64,000 nucleotides of DNA from Vicugna vicugna. Lineage: Eukaryota. The notes beneath the pieces were generated by a model, which was given only the letters and a program-made list of their open reading frames with translations, was not told the origin of the DNA and ran no database searches. A program made the translations under genes and the position numbers. The DNA lies in contig MU058781.1 of NCBI GenBank assembly GCA_013265495.1, forward strand, positions 12,135,009 to 12,199,008. Direction: 5' to 3'. This document shows positions 39,401 through 52,500 of the stretch, one piece after another (position 1 is the stretch's first letter; every line of letters starts with the position of its first letter).

Positions 39401-41785
39401 TATCCTTCTGAAACTACTCCAAAAAACTGCAGAGGAAGGAACACTTGTGAACTCATTTTATGAGGCCATCGCCCTGATATCAAAACAAGATAAAAATATC
39501 ACAAAAAAGTAGTTTACAGGCCAATATCACTGATGAACATATATACAAAAATCCTCAACAAAATTATAGCAAATCAGCTCCAACATTACGTTAAAAGAAT
39601 CACACACCATGATCAAGTGGGGTTTATCCCAGGGATGCAAGGATTTTTCAATATCTGCAAATCAATGTGATACACCACATTAACAAGTTGAAGAACAAAA
39701 ACCATATGATTATCTCAATAGATGCATAAAAAGCTTTTGGTAAAATTCAACATCCATTTATAATAAAAACTCCCCAGAAAGTGGGCATAAAGGGAACACA
39801 TTTCAACATAAAGGCCATATATGACAAACCCACAGCTAATATCATACTCAGTGGAAAACTGAAAGCATTACCTCTAAGGTCAGGAACAAGACAAAGATGC
39901 CCACTCTTGACACTTTTAATCAACATAGTTTTGCAAGTTCTAGCCACAGCAGTCAGAGAAGAAAAGGAAATAAAAGGCATCCAATTTAGAAAAGAAGAAG
40001 TAAAACTGCCACAGTTTGTAGATGACATGATACTACAAATAGAAAATCCTAAGGGTGCTACCAGAAAACTACTAGAGCTCATCAATGAATTCCGTAAAAC
40101 TGCAGGATACAAAATTAATATACATAAATCTGTTGCATTTATAGAAATACATGTACTACACACTAACAACAAAATACCAGAAAGATTAAGGAAACAATCC
40201 CATTTACCATCACATCAAAAAGAATAAAATACCTAAGAATAAACCTACCTAAGGAGGCAAAAGACGTGTACTCCAAAAACTTTAAGATGCTGATGAAAGA
40301 AATTGAAGACAACATGGAAGGAAAGATATACTGTGCTCTTGGACTGGAAGACAATACTGTTAAAATGACCATATTACCCAAGGCAATCTACATTAAATTA
40401 CAGGATGGAAAGCTCAGAAATAAACCTATATATTTACAGTCAATTAATCTATGACAAAAGAGGCAAGAATAGACAATGGAGAAAAGACAGTCTCTTCAAT
40501 CAGTGATTATGGGAAAACTGAACAGCTACATGTAAAATAATAAAATTAGAACATTTTCTAACACCATAAACATATACAAAAATAAACCCAAAATGGATTA
40601 TAGAACTAAATGTAAGACTGCATACTATAAAACTCCTAGAGGAAAACATAGGCAGGATACTCTGACATAAATCACAGCAATATTTTTCAATCTAGTGTAA
40701 TGACAACAGCAAAAAGAAACAAATGGGACCTAATTAAATTTAAAAGCTTTTTTACGGCAAGGGAAACCACAAACAAAATGAAAATATAATCTAAAGAATA
40801 GGAGAAAATATTTGCAAATGGTGTGACTAACATGGGATTAATTTCCAAAATACACAAACAACTCATATAGCTCAATATCAAAAAACCAAACAACCCAAAC
40901 AAAAAATGGGCAGAAGTTCTAAATAAACATTTCTCCAAAGAAGACACAGACGGCCAACAGGCACATGAAAAGAAGTTGAACATCACTAATTATTAGGAAA
41001 TGCAAATCAAAACCACAATGAGGTACCACCTCACGTGTCTCAGAATGGCCATCACCCAAAAGTCTACAAATAATAAATGCTGGAGAAATTATGGAGAAAA
41101 GGGAACCCTCCTAACACTGCTAGCAGGAATGTAAATTGGTACAGCCACTATGGAAAACAGTATGGAAGTTCCTTAAAAAACTATATCCAGCAATCCCACT
41201 CCTGGTCATACATCCAGAAAAAAATGTAATTTGAAAAGATACATGCACCCCAGTGTTCATAGCAGCACTATTTACAATAGCCAAGTCATAGAAGCAACCT
41301 AAATGTCCATTGACAAATGAATGGATAAAGAAGATGTAGTGTGTATATATATATACAACGGAGTATTACTCAGCCATAATTATGAAATGCCATTTGCAGC
41401 AACATGGATGGACCTAGAGATTATCATACTGAGTGAAGTCAGTCAGATAAAGACAAATATCATATGATATCACCTATATGTGGAATCTAAAAAAAATGAC
41501 AAATGAAGTTATTTACAAAACGAAAGTAGCCTTACAGACATAGAAAACAAACTCATGGTTACCAAAGGGGGAAGATGGGAAGGGATAAATTAGGAATTTA
41601 TATTAACATATACACACTACTGTATATAAAAATAAACAACAAGGACCTACTATATAGCACAGGGAACTATATTCAATATCTTATAATAACCTACAATGAA
41701 AAATCTGAAAAACAGATATATTTATGTATAACTGATTTCATCTGAAACACTGTAAATTAACTATACTTCAATTAAAAAATAAAAT
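36490..41785 (+). mobile_element. Long inactive LINE-1 (ORF2 fragment, then ORF1 3' half, ORF2, 3'UTR)
   Basis: ORF track fragments match L1 ORF2 ([40 protein letters not shown]); many stops and frameshifts; A tail near 41780. Confidence 0.93.
37868..37980 (-). mobile_element. Short antisense L1 3'-terminus inserted in the long L1
   Basis: TTTTTATTAAAGTATAGTCAGTT...TTTCTGGTGTACAGC is the reverse complement of the L1 terminus. Confidence 0.8.
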
Positions 41786-41789
41786 TAGT

Positions 41790-42251
41790 CAAAAAGGGAA
41801 AGAGCCAATGCAAGAGGAACACTCTAATCTTCCTGTCTCCCTGGAAGCAGGAAATAAATCTTTCATATGGAAGGTGCCCTCTCTGCACCTGAAGGCAGAA
41901 AGACACTTACCTCCGGAGGAATTCCCAGTGAGCAGTCTCTATAAAGAAACCTTATTCCTTCTTTAATTACTACCCCGAGCCCAGACTTTGATTAAATTCC
42001 TTATAATTAAGCACTCAATCTTAGTTTCTTTGTCCTGTCAATTCTCCTCAAATTTATTGTTTCCTTGTCCAAAAAATATAAAAGCTGCCTGCTTTGGCCA
42101 CTTCTTAGGTCCTATTTCTATGACACCTCCATGTGCATAAATTAAAATTTGTTTCTTTTTCTCCTGTTAATTTGTCTTGGGTCAGTATTATTGTTAGCCC
42201 AGACACAAGAATTTAAGAGGGGTAGAGGGGGAAATTTCCCCCTTCCAGACA
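41790..42251 (+). mobile_element. ERV1-type LTR (partial)
   Basis: TATAAAAGCT TATA box, ATTAAA poly(A) signal, TTTTCTCCTGTTAAT U5 motif, ends in CA. Confidence 0.65.
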
Positions 42252-44221
42252 CAGCCACCAGACTCATTCTGCCTGCATTTAATTTACTTTTCTTTTAAGC
42301 TTGATCCCCATTCCAAAACTTGAAAGAGTAGTAAATCCTTCCAGGTTCCCCAAAAAGTCTGCATTTATTTCAAGGAATCTAGAGGTAACTTGGCCTTACT
42401 CTGGGCTGGAAGCAGCTGAAAACAGCTGGCCATCTTGAAGCTGGAACTGATTTCTGTCAAAGAGGGCTGTGATGAAGGTACATTATTTCTATTCTGTAAG
42501 TTAGAAAATTTGGGCTCAGAGAGGGTAATTAAATTGCCCAAGGCTTCCCAGCTGGTAAGTGACAGGGTGGGATACACATTCATTTGCAGAACAGAGATAA
42601 TATTTACCTCTTAGAGTACATAGTAAGAAGTTTTTGTTGTAACAAGCATGGGGCTTCTCCTTTCCGCCTCGACCCAGATTCAAGTGAGCTTGCCACAAAG
42701 CTTCAAGCTTTCCTTCCTTTCACCCAAATGATAATTACGGTGATTGTTTGTGGAGCACTTAGTCCGTGGCAGCCAGAGCCGGGACTAGAAGGGAGCAAGT
42801 GAGGTACTATCCTCAGGAGAAAAATTTAAGAGACTGTAAAAAATAATTCTATAATCAAATACTATTTTTAATGCAATTTTTAAAAAAAAATCAATACACA
42901 AAACTCCATCATGAGAAAAATACTAAAATGTTAAATAAAGACAAAATCAGTATTACTGATCTTTGCCTCAGGCTCCAAAGTGATTTGTCATGCCTGTGGT
43001 GCCAGGTGACTATTTGGAAATTTTAATCAGCAGGTAACCAGCTGTTTATTTCCCCAGTACCCCCAGGGGAGATTTATAGCCTTGGCCTGCAAGTCTGGGG
43101 ACGGTGGTGGTGGGGTTCTTTTCCAAAAACCGAAGAATTTACACAATCTGTGGAAAAGGTAGAGGTGGTACTGGATTAAGGAGGAAAGTAGAGGGTCTTG
43201 AGAAGCAAGAGGCAAGCTAGGCTTCCCACCCCCAACTTAATTTTTTTTTCCCCTGGCATGAATAAGATGGAAAGGTATTTGGCCCCAGGGCAGCTGAACT
43301 GGACCCAGCCTCACAGCACACTCCCAGAGGAACAGCAAGATCTTGGAGGGAGGCTGTCACGTGTCCCATCAAGGCTCCTTGGGTCCCAAGTATGGCAAAG
43401 AAGGATCTGGGAACCTGCAGGCCTGAGCAGCCCTGCAGACCAAATAGAGTGGACAAAGGGATGAAGACCAAATGACAGATACCCTCTGCATGCACGTGTG
43501 TGTGCGCACAAACACAGAGGAGTTGTAATGCAATGATGGGAAGGGGCAGGAACATCCAAGAATGCCAGAGATTAAAATTTTAACTAGTCAGGAAGAATGG
43601 TGCCTCAGAGTAAAATGAAGTAATACAAAATATAGTGCTATTTCTTGATCATCTGAATTTATGGATAGTCATACCTGCTACACATAAATTATCCTATTTA
43701 TCATGGGATGAATGTACATTATTATTCCTATTTTACAAATCAGGACATTTGGGTTTAGAGAGGATAATTAAATTGTTCAAGGTCTCCCAGCTAATACGTG
43801 ACAGAACAGAATATAAATTCACTTGTAAAACAGAGATAATGTTGATTTATTACGGTGTATTAGCCAGAATATTCGGGTTGTAAGACCAAAAACAGACTCC
43901 AACTAGCTTCCACAAAATCTTTCTTGAGCACAGAAGAATCATAAAGGAAGATCTGGATCGTGGACTGGGATTAGTGGCTCAAGAAACACCAGCAGTTCTC
44001 TTTCTTTTCTCCATTTCTCAGCCAGAACCTTTCTACCATGTAAGGAAGATGGCCCTTGGCAAGTCCAGATGTACATCTTCACAACAACTGCAGGGCCAAC
44101 TTTTCTGTAGTTCCAACAGAAAAGTTTGAAGGAATATTCTGATTGGCCTAGCTTGCATTACATACTATCTCCGAGCCAATCAAGTGCAGAGGCTCCAGGC
44201 ACTTCAACTGGCAAAGCCTAG

Positions 44222-45250
44222 ATCAGGAGTGCACAAACTACAACCCTGGGCTAAATCCAGCCCAATATGGGCCATATCTGGTCATGCCCATTCATTTATA
44301 TTGTCTATGGCTGTTTTCAGGTTACACCAGTAGAATTAATTATGGCAGAGACAGCATGTCTTGCAAAGCCAAAAATATGTTCCACCTGGGTGTGTGCATG
44401 TGTGTATAATTATCATATAAGTTACAAGTGTACTTATATTTCTACATCAAGTATTATAATTCTACATCAGTATACTCTACAAAATGATCATCACAGGTCT
44501 AGTTACCATCCATCACTATACAGCTGATCCCTTGACCCATTTCACCCATTCCCCACCTACTTCCCCATGGTAATCACTACTATGATTTCTGTAACTATGA
44601 GTTTTTTTTTGTTGTTCGTTCATTTTCTTTTTAGATTACACATGTGTGAAATCATGCAGTATTTGTCTTTCTCTGTCTGACTTATTTCATTTAGCAGAAT
44701 GCCAAGATGCCCTCAAAATCCTCAAATGGCAGAATTTCACTCTTTTTCATGGCCGAGTAGTATTCTACTGTATATATGTAAGTATGTATGTGTGTGTGTA
44801 TATATACATATATATATATATATATACATCTCACATCCTTTTTATCTATTTATCCATTGATGAGAACTAAAATTGTTTCCATATCTTGGCTACTGTAAAT
44901 AATGCTGCAATGAACATGGGGTGCATATATCTATTTGAATTAGTATTTTCACATACTTTAGATAAATACCCAGAAATGAAATTGCTGGATCATATGGTAA
45001 TTCTACTCTTAATTCTTCGACATTGTTTTCCACAGTGACTGCATCAATTTTAAGTCCTACCAACAATGTATGAAGGTTCCCTTTTTCTCCACATCCTCCC
45101 AAATATTTGCTACTTCTTGTCTTTTTGGTAGCAGCCATCCCAACAGGTGTTAGCTGATATCTCATTGTGGTTTTGATTTGCATTTCCCTAATAAATTAGT
45201 GGTGTCGGACACCTTTTCATGTTCTTTACAGAAAAAGTTTGCTGATCCCT
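44222..45250. mobile_element. MER58-like hAT element split by an antisense L1 3' fragment (about 44400-45225)
   Basis: CAGGAGTGCACAAACTACAACCC left part and CTTTACAGAAAAAGTTTGCTGATCCCT right part, with L1 minus-strand motifs between. Confidence 0.7.
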
Positions 45251-45599
45251 TTCCTAGATGGTTCAGCTGCCTCTGGTGCAGAATTCGACCTTCCAATAGA
45301 TCCTGAATGTTTCACAACAGAGCATTTGATTATCAGAAAAAAACAAGGGGAAAGTGCGGCAGTATAACACAGCATATATGAATTTTGTGATGAGTCAAGC
45401 CACACATAAATATCTAACACACAGCAGACACTTGATTTAGGTAATTTTCTCTACCTGCCCGCCCCCCCTTAGTTTTTTGGTTTTTTTCCCTACTATTGTT
45501 CAGTTAGCTCTCTGCTTAACTGGGATGATGGAGGAGTGGGGGATGGGGTCTGGTTTCTGGTTCCTCATGTAAATAGCTTGGAAGCCACAAATCCATTCT

Positions 45600-46950
45600 A
45601 ACAAGTAAAAAGCTAAACAGACCAAAAAAAAAAAAAAAAAAACTCATCTTGTATCTGGAAGAGAGGAGAGGTCACAAGGCAAACCATTGCCCCCAAGATT
45701 AGAGAGACAGGTAAATACAAAAAGTTACCTTTGGAAACCAGGCGCGGAGCAGGAAAGCAGGCGCCGGGCAGGACACCAGGAGCGGGGATGGACACCAGCA
45801 GCGGGGCAGGACACAAGCAGCGGGGCCGGACGCCAGGCGAGGAGCAGGACGCCAGGAGCTGTAACTGCCGAAATGCTGGAGGCTCAGCACCGACAAGTCT
45901 GAGAGTTAAAAACTCCACAGGGTCCCAGTAATAGGGGGACCCTTCAAAACTGTGAGATTTCCGTCCAGGAGTCGGACCAGAATCCCTCAGAAAACACTGG
46001 AGAAAAACCCTCTCCCACTCCCAGCGGAGGGCAGAAGAGGAGGAACCATTTTGAAACATCCCAGAGTCCCTTGCGCTCCGTAAAAGGCCTTCCCTCAGCG
46101 GAACGTGGTTAAGCAGAGCCTCACCTGCGGGCTGTTAGTGGAGCCTGACTGACTTGGGGTAAGGGAAATACCCAACCCCAGCCCACGCTAGCCATTTCTG
46201 TCCCACCTGAAGGGGAGAGAAGAACTGAGGAACTCTCGCGAAGTTCTCAGTCCTGAGGCACAGGCTCAATGGGAGACCACGACCCCAACACTGGCCGCCT
46301 CCCCTCCCCCACACCTCACCACCATTACTGCAGGCTTCTTCACAGCCGTTCCTTTTACCTGGTGCGTCATTTCCAGCTACTAAGAAAAAACGATAAGGCA
46401 TACCAAACATCAAAAAACCCAATTTGAAGAGACAGAGCAAGCATCAGAGCCAGACACAGCCAGGATGTTGGAATTATCAACCAGGAATTTAAAACTATAA
46501 TTAATATGCTAAGGGCTCTGATGGATGAAATGGACAACATGCAAGAACAAATGGGCAATGTAAGCAGACAGATGAAAATCCTAAGAGAGAAAAAGAAATT
46601 TTAGAGCTCAAAAACACTGTAACAGAAATAATGAATGCATTTGATGGGTTTATTAGTAAATTGGATACAGCTGAGGAGAGAATCTGTGTTTGAGGCAAGC
46701 CAATAGAAACTTCCAAAACGAAAGCAAAGAGAACACTTAAAAAAAAACACAGAATATCCAAGGACTGTGCCACAGTTACAAAAGGTGTAACATACGTGTT
46801 GTGGGAATATCAGGAGAAGAAAGAGATAAAGAACAGAAGAAATGTTTGAAACAAGAATGACTGCAGTTTTCTCCCAAATTAAAGTCAGATAGCAAACCAC
46901 ACATCCAGGAAGCTCAAGAGAAATACCAAGCGATATAAATACCAAAGAAA
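45600..46950 (+). mobile_element. Old L1M 5'UTR and ORF1 fragment
   Basis: ORF1-like GGACAACATGCAAGAACAAATGGGCAATGTAAGCAGACAGATG and ACACTGTAACAGAAATAATGAATGCATTTGATGGG. Confidence 0.75.
45733..45861. repeat. GC-rich minisatellite, 19-bp unit, about 6.8 copies
   Basis: Units such as GGACACCAGGAGCGGGGAT and GGACACCAGCAGCGGGGCA at an exact 19-nt period. Confidence 0.9.
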
Positions 46951-47019
46951 AGAGATTAAAATCACTGAGTCCTCTTCCATCCCAACTGAGGGTTACTGAA
47001 CAGCATAGATTATAAGAAG

Positions 47020-47150
47020 TGTTGATGAACCCAAGTTCATGTACTCAACACACAGTGAGGCCAAATAAACAAAACCAGCAGAGTTTGGAGCAGAGAAAGG
47101 TTTATTGCAAGAGGGCAGCTCATGATCAAAAGACCTAAACTCCCCTACTT
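47020..47150 (-). mobile_element. ERV LTR fragment
   Basis: GAGTTTGGAGCAGAGAAAGGTTTATTGCA motif (antisense AATAAA). Confidence 0.5.
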
Positions 47151-48779
47151 AATCTCTTATACCATGAGTTTTGTTGGAGAGGACCAGGCAGGCATTGTAA
47201 GTGGGGGCCAAAATTATCCACAAGAAATGAAGCAAGAAAGCAACTTTTTGACAAATAAAATCCCCATAAATTGTTCACAACATACTTCTCTTCCTTACTG
47301 GCAATTGTTTCCAGTCAATTAGAGACTAAAGAAAAGTATTTGAGAAAAAATGGAAAAGGAAAAATATAAAGGAAATAATCATACAAAAAAAAAAATCCCT
47401 GAGACTCCCTTTCCCCCAGGCTGGGGCCTCTGAAGTCTGGTGGGGCCTATTTGTCACAGCAGAGTCGGTCTACAAAAGAATGTGCCCAGCCAAAGCAAGG
47501 GTCCCATGACTTTTTTTTTTTTTTTTTAACAGGACGTAGTTCTCCATGACCCCTGCCCTTCTCAAGGTCAAGGAGGGAAACACCATGCAGGGTCAGTCTT
47601 CAGCACAGGTAGAAAGTGACAGCAGAACTTGTCAACAAGTAGGTCCCCAGGCCACCTACTCTTTCCATCTCTATTTTGTTATCCCTTTGAGGAACTTTGC
47701 TTCAGAAATCCATTCTTCTCTCACATTTTCTCCTTGTTCCCAGGTCTTAGGGAAGAATCTGGTGCCACTTATTTGCAATGCTGGTATAAAATAGGGGTAC
47801 AGAACAGTCAGATGGGGTCAGGAGTCAGAATGTATTTGGTTTATTCTGAATACTATCATATAATCAGCTGCGTGATTTTACTTCTCTAAACTTCTTGCCA
47901 AGTGGGAATAGTGAAAAGAACAAGCTCATAGATTGTTAGGATGTTTTAGTGAGATAATGCATTTAGAGACAACCTCATTTCTTATCGCTGGTATGAGAAG
48001 CTTTGTCCCTGGTTAAAGGCATTTCAGACTTCTCTGATCAGTTGAAAGAATAATTTTGGAGAATACTGGCCTTCCCAAACCTTCCAAAGTGGACAGTGGT
48101 CTTCCAAAGGGTCAGTTTATGACACAGCCAGCCTTGATTATATGAAACTTGAGACCCTCAAATCCTTGCATTGTCTTGCTCTGTTGCACTGTCTTGAGAT
48201 CAACATTTTCAGCTTAAATAATGAGGCAGCCCAACTTCATCTATCAAAATATAATGATCATTTTCTCCTAGACATTAAAACAAAATTTTACTTCCCTAGT
48301 TGAGTGCAGATGGTAAAAGAATTGAGGGAGAATGTTGTTGTACATATGATGGGGGAGGGAGAGGATGGTCTGCATGGAAATCCTTGCTTGGCACACACTT
48401 TTCTGTCTTTTTTTAAAATAAATCTGTGTCATTCTGAGTCAGCACTGATTACTACATGCACAATTATAGTAATCTACAGGCAACTGCTAATATTGCTAAT
48501 GATATCACTTTGCAGAGCGATTATCTGAGAACTACTCTCAGCTGTCGCATCAGGATTACAGCATTTGTGTAACTCCAAATTAAGCTAGCGGTGGAAAAGG
48601 CAGTACTTGTTCAGTCAAACAGAGCTGTCGAAGAAAACAGCCTGCAATTAGTTCAAACACACTGTCACCAGGAGGCTGGTAGGCCTGGTTCACATGCCCT
48701 AGGGTTGGTGATGACCTTTAACAGATGTAGATTCTCAACATAAAAGCCCCTGAGTCCAGAGCAGATAAATGAACGAAGC

Positions 48780-49360
48780 AAAATTGGCCTCCAGGATTTT
48801 CCCCTAGCTACACCCACCTTGTAATTCCTGGATCTGAGAATATGATGGATTTTTCTCCCGTGATTAGGTTATGTTACCTGTCACAGTTAATCTTAAAACA
48901 GGGAGACTATCCAGGTGGGCCTGACCTAATCACATCAGCCTTTTAAAAGTAGAGAGTCTTCTCTGACTCATCACAGAGGGGGAAATCAGAGACTCAAAAC
49001 ATGAGAAGGATTTGATGCACAGTTGCTGGCTTGATGATGGAGGGGGTTAGGTGGCAAGGAATGTGGGTAGTCTCTAGGAGCCAAGAGTGGCCCCCAGCTG
49101 ACAGCCAGCAAGAATATGAAAACCCCAGTCCTACAACTGTAAGGAACTTAATTCCACCAGCAATGTGTTTAGAAGATTTTTCCCCAGAGCTTTCAAATGA
49201 GAACTCAATCTGGCCCACACCTTGATTTCAGTCCTGTGATATTTGGAGCAGAGAGCCCAGCCATGCTATGCAGGACTTGAGAACTGTAAACTAATGAGTA
49301 AGTGTTTTAAGCAGCTAAGTTTGTGGTAATTTGTTACACAGCAACAGAAAACTAATGCAG
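48780..49360 (+). mobile_element. MLT1D-like (MaLR) LTR
   Basis: ATCCAGGTGGGCCTGACCTAATCAC...GTTTTAAGCAGCTAAGTTTGTGGTAATTTGTTACACAGCAACAGAAAACTAATGCA. Confidence 0.85.
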
Positions 49361-50537
49361 CTGAGGAACCAGAGACCCAAAAGAATTTAGTCTGACTTCA
49401 AAGTCCAGTGGATTTTCTCAGTGCTATTAAAGATCTGGTCCTTAGACTGGTGCACATGCACAACCTGACAGCAAGAAGAGTGAACTGGGACTTACTCTCA
49501 GTGAACAGCCTGTAGTTTTGTATTCATTTTCCCTCCTTTGTTTAGGTTTGTTCTAATATATATATATACACACACACATATATGTATATATGTAATTTAA
49601 ATCTATTGCATTTTTCTAATATTTAGTTTTACTGTATTTCACTAGAGTATTGGTCCATGATGGATAGAATATCCAAAAAAAAAAAAAAAGGAAAAAGCCC
49701 TGGTCCTTCACCCCAGGTACATTGCTTGCTCTAGACAATGCTGCTCCTTGTGAGAGCTTAGGAAAAATGTCTGTGAGTCCAGAATAGATGAATGGCCCTA
49801 AGTGATATAAAAATGAAAATAGAAAGTCCCTGTTCAAAAAAATACACCTGATATGATTAATGTAGTTGATTATCAAGCAATCTTTGGGAATAATTGTTTA
49901 CCATTATTTTTGGAGGTAAACTTTGGATACAGGATATACTTGTATTTATCCCCCTCCCCAAATCTGTATGTTAATGGAACTCAACAATTTCTTTCTTCTT
50001 TCAGAACCTGAGAAATCCAGGAACATGCAATCATGGTTTACACAGTCTGTAAGTGCACACAGAGGCATTTTTCTCTCAAGGGATCACTTTGGAGGTGTGG
50101 GGGCCTTTTGAATCCCACTAGTCACTCACTCACATAGTCACAGCCACTGCTGTGAGGTTACAGCAGCTTGGGGACAAGGTAGGGGCATCTTGGTGAACAG
50201 GGAGAAGCCAGAGCTGGTTTCAGATACCACCTGTCACAACCTGAAGGCTATCCTCTCTCAGGCGATGCAGGTCCCTAGCCAGCTTCCTCAAATACAATTA
50301 GTGAAGCAACCTAGCAGTCTCATCCCCCTTTGCATCAACTCACTTAAGAGGAGAACCTGGCTCCTGCCCCAACCAGACCTGTTATGGTGTGGGGATTAAA
50401 TATGATTCCCTCTTTTCCTAGAAATAATCAAAGGTAGCTGACTCAGCCTGAATCCTGAGGTTCTTAATGAGGGACAATTTCCTGTCAGTTTGTATAGGCC
50501 CTCATGGGTGGCAGGAAGCTAGTCATTTTGTGGTAAT

Positions 50538-51036
50538 GTTACAGCAAGTGTTATAGTAGAGCGTTACAGCAACCTGGGTCCTGGTGAGAGACTAAGCAGC
50601 ACTCGGAGCGCTGGAGAACGTAGGTTGATTACGCCAGCAGGCCCGAAGACTGAACACTTCAAGCTGTGAACCTTGTTTATAGGTTTATACAGGCTTTTAT
50701 AGGTTACTAGTCAAGATTTTGCAATATCATATGCAGAGTAAGTGTAAGAAATGGACCAATCAGGAGTAAGTTAGGTTTGTGCTGGATGCAAATAAGGTGT
50801 TACAAGTGGACCAATCAGGAGTGAGCTTTATGCAAATGAATTGTTAGAAATGGACCAATCAGAGTGAGCTTTGGGAACCAATAGCATCTTAGGGGTAAAT
50901 TTCGCTTTCCTAGAAGCCCTTTTACAGAAGCACAAAAGTGAGATAATACCACCAGGTCAGGGAAACGGATGGCACTGGCAGGAAAGTATTGTCCCTGCCT
51001 GTGGGTCCTGCCAGTCTTTTCATGGGGCTTCCCACA
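50538..51036 (-). mobile_element. Solo ERV LTR with internal octamer/CCAAT tandem modules
   Basis: TG...CA ends, antisense TATAAAAG (CTTTTATA near 50694), repeated GGACCAATCAG; boundaries approximate. Confidence 0.6.
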
Positions 51037-51232
51037 TCAGTAACAAAGCACGAAGGAGTCTCAGGCAGAAGCCAGAGGGCTGGAAGGGTGAGAATATCAA
51101 GCTAAACTCCCTGCCCCAAGACTTCTTTTCAAAACTGGCTGCCCATGTTTCTTGTGAGTCCTTTTTGTCAGCATTCACTACTCGTAGTTGATGGCTGTAT
51201 CTATTTCCCAGTTTTTCTCTAAGTTTACTGTC

Positions 51233-51612
51233 ATGTCCAAGAAAGGCTCTAAGAAGCTACCACCAAGCTGAGAAAACAGGCAAGTACTAGAGATGTCACA
51301 GACAGTGCTATTACACTTAAGATCCAGAGTATGTCTTAAAGCAGGTTCACTCCATCACTGGCACCTTTATGGAAGCTGTGTGAATGAACTCATTTATGAC
51401 TTTTGAGTCCACTCACCTGGCTCCTTATAATAGGGAATTCCAGAGAGCTACTACCTGTTAATGATTGTGTACTGAGCATGCTGTGTGCAAGGCCCTATGT
51501 CCTGTCACCAAGTACAGTTGCTATGAAAGGTTTTTTTTTTTTTAAATAGGACACTGACATCCAAAAGCAGGTACTTTTTTGAGCCACTCATACTTCCAGC
51601 TTAAGAGCTGTA
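51233..51612 (+). pseudogene. Decayed histone H2B pseudogene
   Basis: Colinear remnants SKKG.KK (51236), VLKQVH (51333-51350), MNSF (51384), HAV, VTKY (51504); degenerate stem-loop at 51570-51585 and HDE AAGAGCTGT at 51603. Confidence 0.85.
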
Positions 51613-51699
51613 GTCTACTGAAATTTCTTCATCTGTTTATGGATTTTGGATTCCTCTGATTTAAAAAGTTTGGGAGGTTTTTGTGTGCGTTTTTTTTTT

Positions 51700-52500
51700 T
51701 AATAACTTGGAATAATTTTTGGTTTACATAAAAGTTATATAGTTCCCATATACCTCTGTTTCCTCTATTGTGAATATTTACACATTTGTCACAACTAAAG
51801 AACTAACATTGGTACTTTACTGTGAACTAAACTCAACTTTGCTTGGATTTCATTAGATTTTACCTAATGCTCTTTTTCTGTCCCAGGATCCAGTCCAAAA
51901 TATGGTTGACCCTTGAATAACTTGGGTTTGAAGTGTGGAGGCGGACCCATAGGCGGATATTTTTCAATAGTAAATACTACAGTGCTATGTAGTCTGTGGT
52001 TGATTGAATCTGTGGATGTGGAGAAACCTCAAAAACGGAGGGCCAACTGTAAGTTATATGCCAATTAACCCCTTAGTTTTCTGCATATTTACTTGTAATG
52101 TCTCTTTAGTTGCTCTGGGCTATGACAGTTTGTTAGAATTTCTTTTTTTTACGACCTTCATAGTTTTAAGAACTCATTCTGTAGGATGTTCCTCAGATTC
52201 ATCTCATAGTTTTCCCAGGGTTAGACTGAGATTATGTGTTCGAAGACCAGAGAAGTTAATTGCTTTTCTCAACACATATTAAAAGCAAGTGCAAACAACG
52301 TGGTTTATCACTGATGTTAACACTGATCATCTGGTTAAACTAGTGTTTGCCAGGTTTCTCTACTGTAAAGGTTCCTCTCCTGCCTTTCCATACTCTGCTT
52401 TGGTAAATCTGGGGAGTTAAGTTCCACCTGTTTGATGGAGAGTATTTAGATAAATTATTTGGAATTCTCCTGTTTAGGAGACTTTTCACATATCCCTCAT
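51700..52500. mobile_element. L1MC-like 3' fragment interrupted by a Tigger2/MER8-like element (about 51903-52030)
   Basis: GGTTGACCCTTGAATAAC...GAGGGCCAACTGTA inside an L1MC-type sequence (CTGTCCCAGGATCC). Confidence 0.6.

Noticed and set aside
39115..40454. Reverse-transcriptase-like ORFs
   Set aside because: Broken LINE-1 ORF2 fragments, not an independent RT system
45613..46059. 148-aa Pro-rich ORF and a CRISPR-like look of the 19-bp array
   Set aside because: The ORF comes from the GC-rich minisatellite in an L1 relic; units are contiguous with no spacers, and the DNA is mammalian
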